Shown in pieces: positions 62,470 to 64,000 of a stretch of DNA of 64,000 nucleotides. Under the pieces are notes generated by a model. It was not told the DNA's origin and did no database searches. It worked only from the letters and a program-made list of their open reading frames with translations. Position numbers and translations under genes: made by a program. Every line of letters begins with the position of its first letter. The stretch's first letter is position 1. The stretch is from Candidatus Hydrogenedentota bacterium. Its GTDB lineage: Bacteria; Hydrogenedentota; Hydrogenedentia; Hydrogenedentales; SLHB01. Location of the stretch: NCBI GenBank assembly GCA_045863335.1, contig BTVY01000032.1, positions 1-64,000 on the forward strand, in the 5' to 3' direction.

Positions 62470-63042
62470 TTACGCGAAGAACTCGAAGGTGGGGCTTTGG
62501 GTTTGTTGAAGCAGGGGTAGTGTGGCGTCGCCGACGCGGATGTCGAGCCGGGGTCCCTGCGGTGGGGGTTCTTCACCCTGGGTACGTGCCAGGGCGGTCT
62601 GCGCGGCCTGGTTCACGCCGTTCACGAAGGAGCGGGCTTGTCCGATGGCTTCCGCCCGGCCAACGGTAACGTCGAATCCGCGCAACTCGACCGGCTCGCC
62701 GCGCGACCCCTGGATCTGCTCCTGAACCTCCGCGATGCGTTCGCGGATCTGTTCGCGGGTCTCCTCCAGCGTCGGGATGACGCGCTCCGCCGCTTCCAGA
62801 TTGCGGTCGATGGTGCGGACGGCGGCTGTCGGCACGGAGATCGTACCGCGGCCGAAACCGACGTCGTTTACGGGGACTTCATCAAGTTGAAACGGGTTCG
62901 CCGAAGTGACGGCGGGGCGGGGTCTGAACCCTACCTGCTGGGCAGAGTTGTCCGGTGCTCCAGGAGTCGTCTCCCGAGGGGGCAGGAGCGACGACCGGGG
63001 GTCGAGGTTCCGGACCGTCGTTTGACCAACTTGTAGGCCCAT
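62470..63042 (-). CDS. Hypothetical protein
   Basis: 190-aa ORF with host-like codon usage and a central coiled-coil-like stretch. Confidence 0.7.
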   Translation of the reverse strand: MGLQVGQTTVRNLDPRSSLLPPRETTPGAPDNSAQQVGFRPRPAVTSANPFQLDEVPVNDVGFGRGTISVPTAAVRTIDRNLEAAERVIPTLEETREQIRERIAEVQEQIQGSRGEPVELRGFDVTVGRAEAIGQARSFVNGVNQAAQTALARTQGEEPPPQGPRLDIRVGDATLPLLQQTQSPTFEFFA

Positions 63043-63288
63043 CGTTTGATTCCGCAGCGTGTCGATAGCGCCATTTATTGTTTTTCGACATTAAAAGTAT
63101 CTCATAAAGGGTCTGCGGAGTCAACAGTAGACCTGGGATTATTCCAATGTAAAACCATGTATTTTATATGCTTAAACGGCTCCGGCTGGGCGGGAGAATT
63201 TACGGCGCCGGCGCGGTTGCAGGGGTCCATTCGTGTCAAGTAAGGTTTCATCGAGCGAACGCGACCTGGGGAGGGGAAGTTTAGTTCC

Positions 63289-64000
63289 GTGCAAACACCG
63301 CTATTACTTGATGATGAAGCGTGCGCCGGGCTGGTGCCGAAGTATGCTTCTAAGATCCTCATCGCCGGAAGGATGTTCCCCGACTTCGAGTCCCGCTTAT
63401 CGGCCCGGACGGCCAAAGTGATTCGGGTGGATTGGCCGTTCCCTGTGGCCATCCCCGAACATGTGTTTGACTTCGTGCTGCTCCCGCCATGCGATGAGAC
63501 CGACGTCACGGAACTCCTCGAAGCCGGATTGAAACATATCGACCGGCACGGTTCCGTCGGTTTGATCACCAAGCCGGTGCAGGACAATGGCGAGCCGCCG
63601 CTCGGTTTGCTCACGCAACTGGAGTCCATGGGATTCCTCGCGACGCGGAGCCGCATGTGCGAGGAGAACGGGCTGACGCAATGGGCCTTCGCATTGCTCC
63701 GTACCGACTACGATCCCATCGCGCATGCGGCGGACCTGGAAGCGGCGGGGTTCCCCATGCGCGCCTTTCTCGTGCTCGATTCGATTGGGGAACTGGTGGA
63801 GCTTTCGGACGACAGTATCGCTTCGCTGGCCGTGGAGAAGCATCGAGTGCTGTCCGAGGCTATCCTGCAAATGGAACCCGGAGATGCTGCGGCGTCGCTG
63901 TTGTCGTTCGCGCGGAAAGAGTTTCAGCTTGCGATCCACGCGCATCCCCGTTTGGTGGCGCCGTATGCGCGCCATGCGGCACTTTGGCACCACTTCGGCC
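63289..64000 (+). CDS. Hypothetical protein, N-terminal part (runs off the window, absent from the ORF track)
   Basis: GTG 63289 follows GGAGG. The frame is open to the window end: MQTPLLLDDEACAGLVPKYASKILIAG...LRTDYDPIAHAADLEAAG... Confidence 0.7.
   Translation, partial: MQTPLLLDDEACAGLVPKYASKILIAGRMFPDFESRLSARTAKVIRVDWPFPVAIPEHVFDFVLLPPCDETDVTELLEAGLKHIDRHGSVGLITKPVQDNGEPPLGLLTQLESMGFLATRSRMCEENGLTQWAFALLRTDYDPIAHAADLEAAGFPMRAFLVLDSIGELVELSDDSIASLAVEKHRVLSEAILQMEPGDAAASLLSFARKEFQLAIHAHPRLVAPYARHAALWHHFG

Overview
GC-rich bacterial chromosomal window. The gene style resembles Candidatus Hydrogenedentota or PVC-type genomes, which is a guess and not demonstrated. Most of it is housekeeping or metabolic: a two-gene microcompartment satellite (EutN/CcmL plus class II aldolase), two sensor kinases, an alaS-ruvX-mltG operon, an MsbA-like ABC exporter, a tri-haem cytochrome c peroxidase, a TetR-RND efflux unit, two GT-C-like membrane proteins, a GH36 glycosidase, an R2lox / PLP enzyme / ALDH / GMC neighbourhood, and a redoxin-cytochrome c-copper monooxygenase fusion. 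The most unusual part is about 51.6-60.1 kb. There, four different type II toxin-antitoxin modules alternate with four same-orientation copies of a ~75-bp palindromic repeat, one module per interval. They are embedded in a nested mosaic of several unrelated REP-like palindrome families, with a ~340-bp duplication, a hicB stub and an IS200-type transposase remnant. An AT-richer methyltransferase plus putative PD-(D/E)xK nuclease pair follows. A second nested palindrome mosaic lies upstream of alaS, and a CTAG-flanked miniature insertion sits exactly between alaS and ruvX. No rRNA, tRNA or CRISPR array was recognised. All family calls come from motif recognition by eye, with no database searches, and several start codons are my own choice.
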